DNA of 64,000 nt from Octopus bimaculoides (lineage: Eukaryota). The notes beneath the pieces were generated by a model. That model was not told the origin of the DNA. It did no database searches and was given only the letters and a program-made list of their open reading frames with translations. Where the stretch lies: NCBI RefSeq assembly GCF_001194135.2, contig NC_068997.1:54111975-54175974 (forward strand), written 5' to 3'. Position 1 is the first letter of the stretch, and each line of letters starts with the position of its first letter. Positions 62,636-64,000 of the stretch are shown in pieces. The position numbers were made by a program, and so were the translations under genes.

Positions 62636-63786
62636 AGAATTTTCAAAATAGAAGAAGGCACAGCATTCGAATGGAAGCGCTTTAGCAAGGAATCGAATGC
62701 ACAATTCAGGGTTCTGTTTGAGACAACCTCATTGTCATTTTCGATTATATCGAAAACTCGCTTTAGATTTCTTTCGATTTCTCAATACAACTAATATCAG
62801 TGTGGAGGGGGTGGGGTGCTGCATTTGATTGGGGTGGCGAGTAGGTTTTCTTGTCGTTTTATATTGCTTTTCATTCTCTTGTCGCTTTTGTTCTTATGAA
62901 TGACCTAATTTATCTCTTTCGCTTCCAACTCTACCACTTCCGCCTCGGCAATCCTGATGATGATGATGGTGCCGATGGTAATAAGCATATTCATCATCAT
63001 CGTTCCACTGCTTTTTCTTTTTTTCTTTTCATCACTTCCTTCTCTCCATGAACTTCTTCTTCTACTAATACTACTACTCTTTACTTCCTTTTCCTCCTTT
63101 TCATGTACCGCTTCTTCGCCTCTTTCTATCCTCATTCACTCTCTTTCTCCATCTCCTCATGCTCTCCCCCTTTCTCTCACCACTCCTACCATACTCTTCC
63201 CTTAGTCCTTCTTCTCACCGTTATTACATCTCAATATCTTTTGTATTCCAACACTTAAACCGTCCATATAAAACGGCAAGACAGTATTTAATACATTTTC
63301 ACTGAACAACAGAAAATAAAACGCAGGGTTTTTTTTTTTTTTTCATTTTTCGTTCCTCCTTAATATAGGAAACCAAATTCATTCTTACATATATTTTTTG
63401 TATCTTCAATTATGTGATTCACTAAATTAAATGGAAATACGCATAAGTTTTTAGGGTAAAAGATCTTTGATATATACGCATATGTTTGTGGTGGTGGTGA
63501 TGGTGGTGGTGGTTTTTGAAAGACGTCCGTGCTTATGGAGATAAGTTTTTCAACAATAACACAAAACGAAAACTAAGAGATAAAATAACACCATTGAGGT
63601 TGTATGTATTTACACAGATTTTAAAATCATTGGCTAATGAACATTGGTGTGCTATGAACTAGATGTATATATATGTGTGTGAGCGTGTTGGTCTGTATGC
63701 GTATATACGTAGATACGAAACTTATGCACACACACATACACACATGTTATGTATCTATGTGTGTATGTATGTATGTATGTGTCCTA

Positions 63787-63828
63787 ACTTGTTTCAGTCA
63801 TTAGACTACCATGCCGGGGCACCGACTT
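63787..63828 (-). mobile_element. Tail-only SINE B/LINE fragment next to (TA)n
   Basis: ACTTGTTTCAGTCATTAGACTACCATGCCGGGGCACCGACTT. Confidence 0.7.
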
Positions 63829-63838
63829 ATATATATCT

Positions 63839-63890
<52 letters not shown>

Positions 63891-64000
63891 GTATATGTAT
63901 ATGTGTATATTCATATATGTATATATCTGTACACTTGTATCTTTATAAATATAAGTGTATGTATGTACGTACATATATATATATGTATATATACACATAT

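Noticed and set aside
62663-62750. Short inverted repeats (GCATTCGA/TCGAATGC; TTTTCGAT/ATCGAAAA)
   Set aside because: 8-bp stems are expected by chance in 64 kb of AT-rich DNA and do not extend to miRNA-length duplexes.

Overview
AT-rich animal genomic DNA, most likely a coleoid cephalopod (Octopus-like). That assignment is an inference from the SINE sequences and the extreme microsatellite density, not a database result. About 5.3 kb (~8%) is N-gap in 18 runs, most flanked by (TA)n/(CA)n/(AG)n. No complete protein-coding gene, rRNA, true tRNA or CRISPR array is supportable, and nearly all listed ORFs are microsatellite or gap artefacts. The window looks like intronic or intergenic DNA saturated with transposable elements. 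It holds three tRNA-derived SINE families (my working labels A, B, C), fragments of CR1/L2-like, RTE-like, L1/Tx1-like and Hero-like (restriction-endonuclease-type) LINEs, two mariner transposase remnants, and hAT/Charlie-type MITEs. The best leads are a probable SINE-LINE partnership through a shared 3' tail, a candidate housekeeping gene start on the minus strand at 24392, a pre-miRNA-like hairpin at ~33.45 kb, and a few isolated splice-site-bounded micro-exon candidates. I found no evidence for a clearly new biological system. Boundaries of decayed repeats are approximate (tens of bp).
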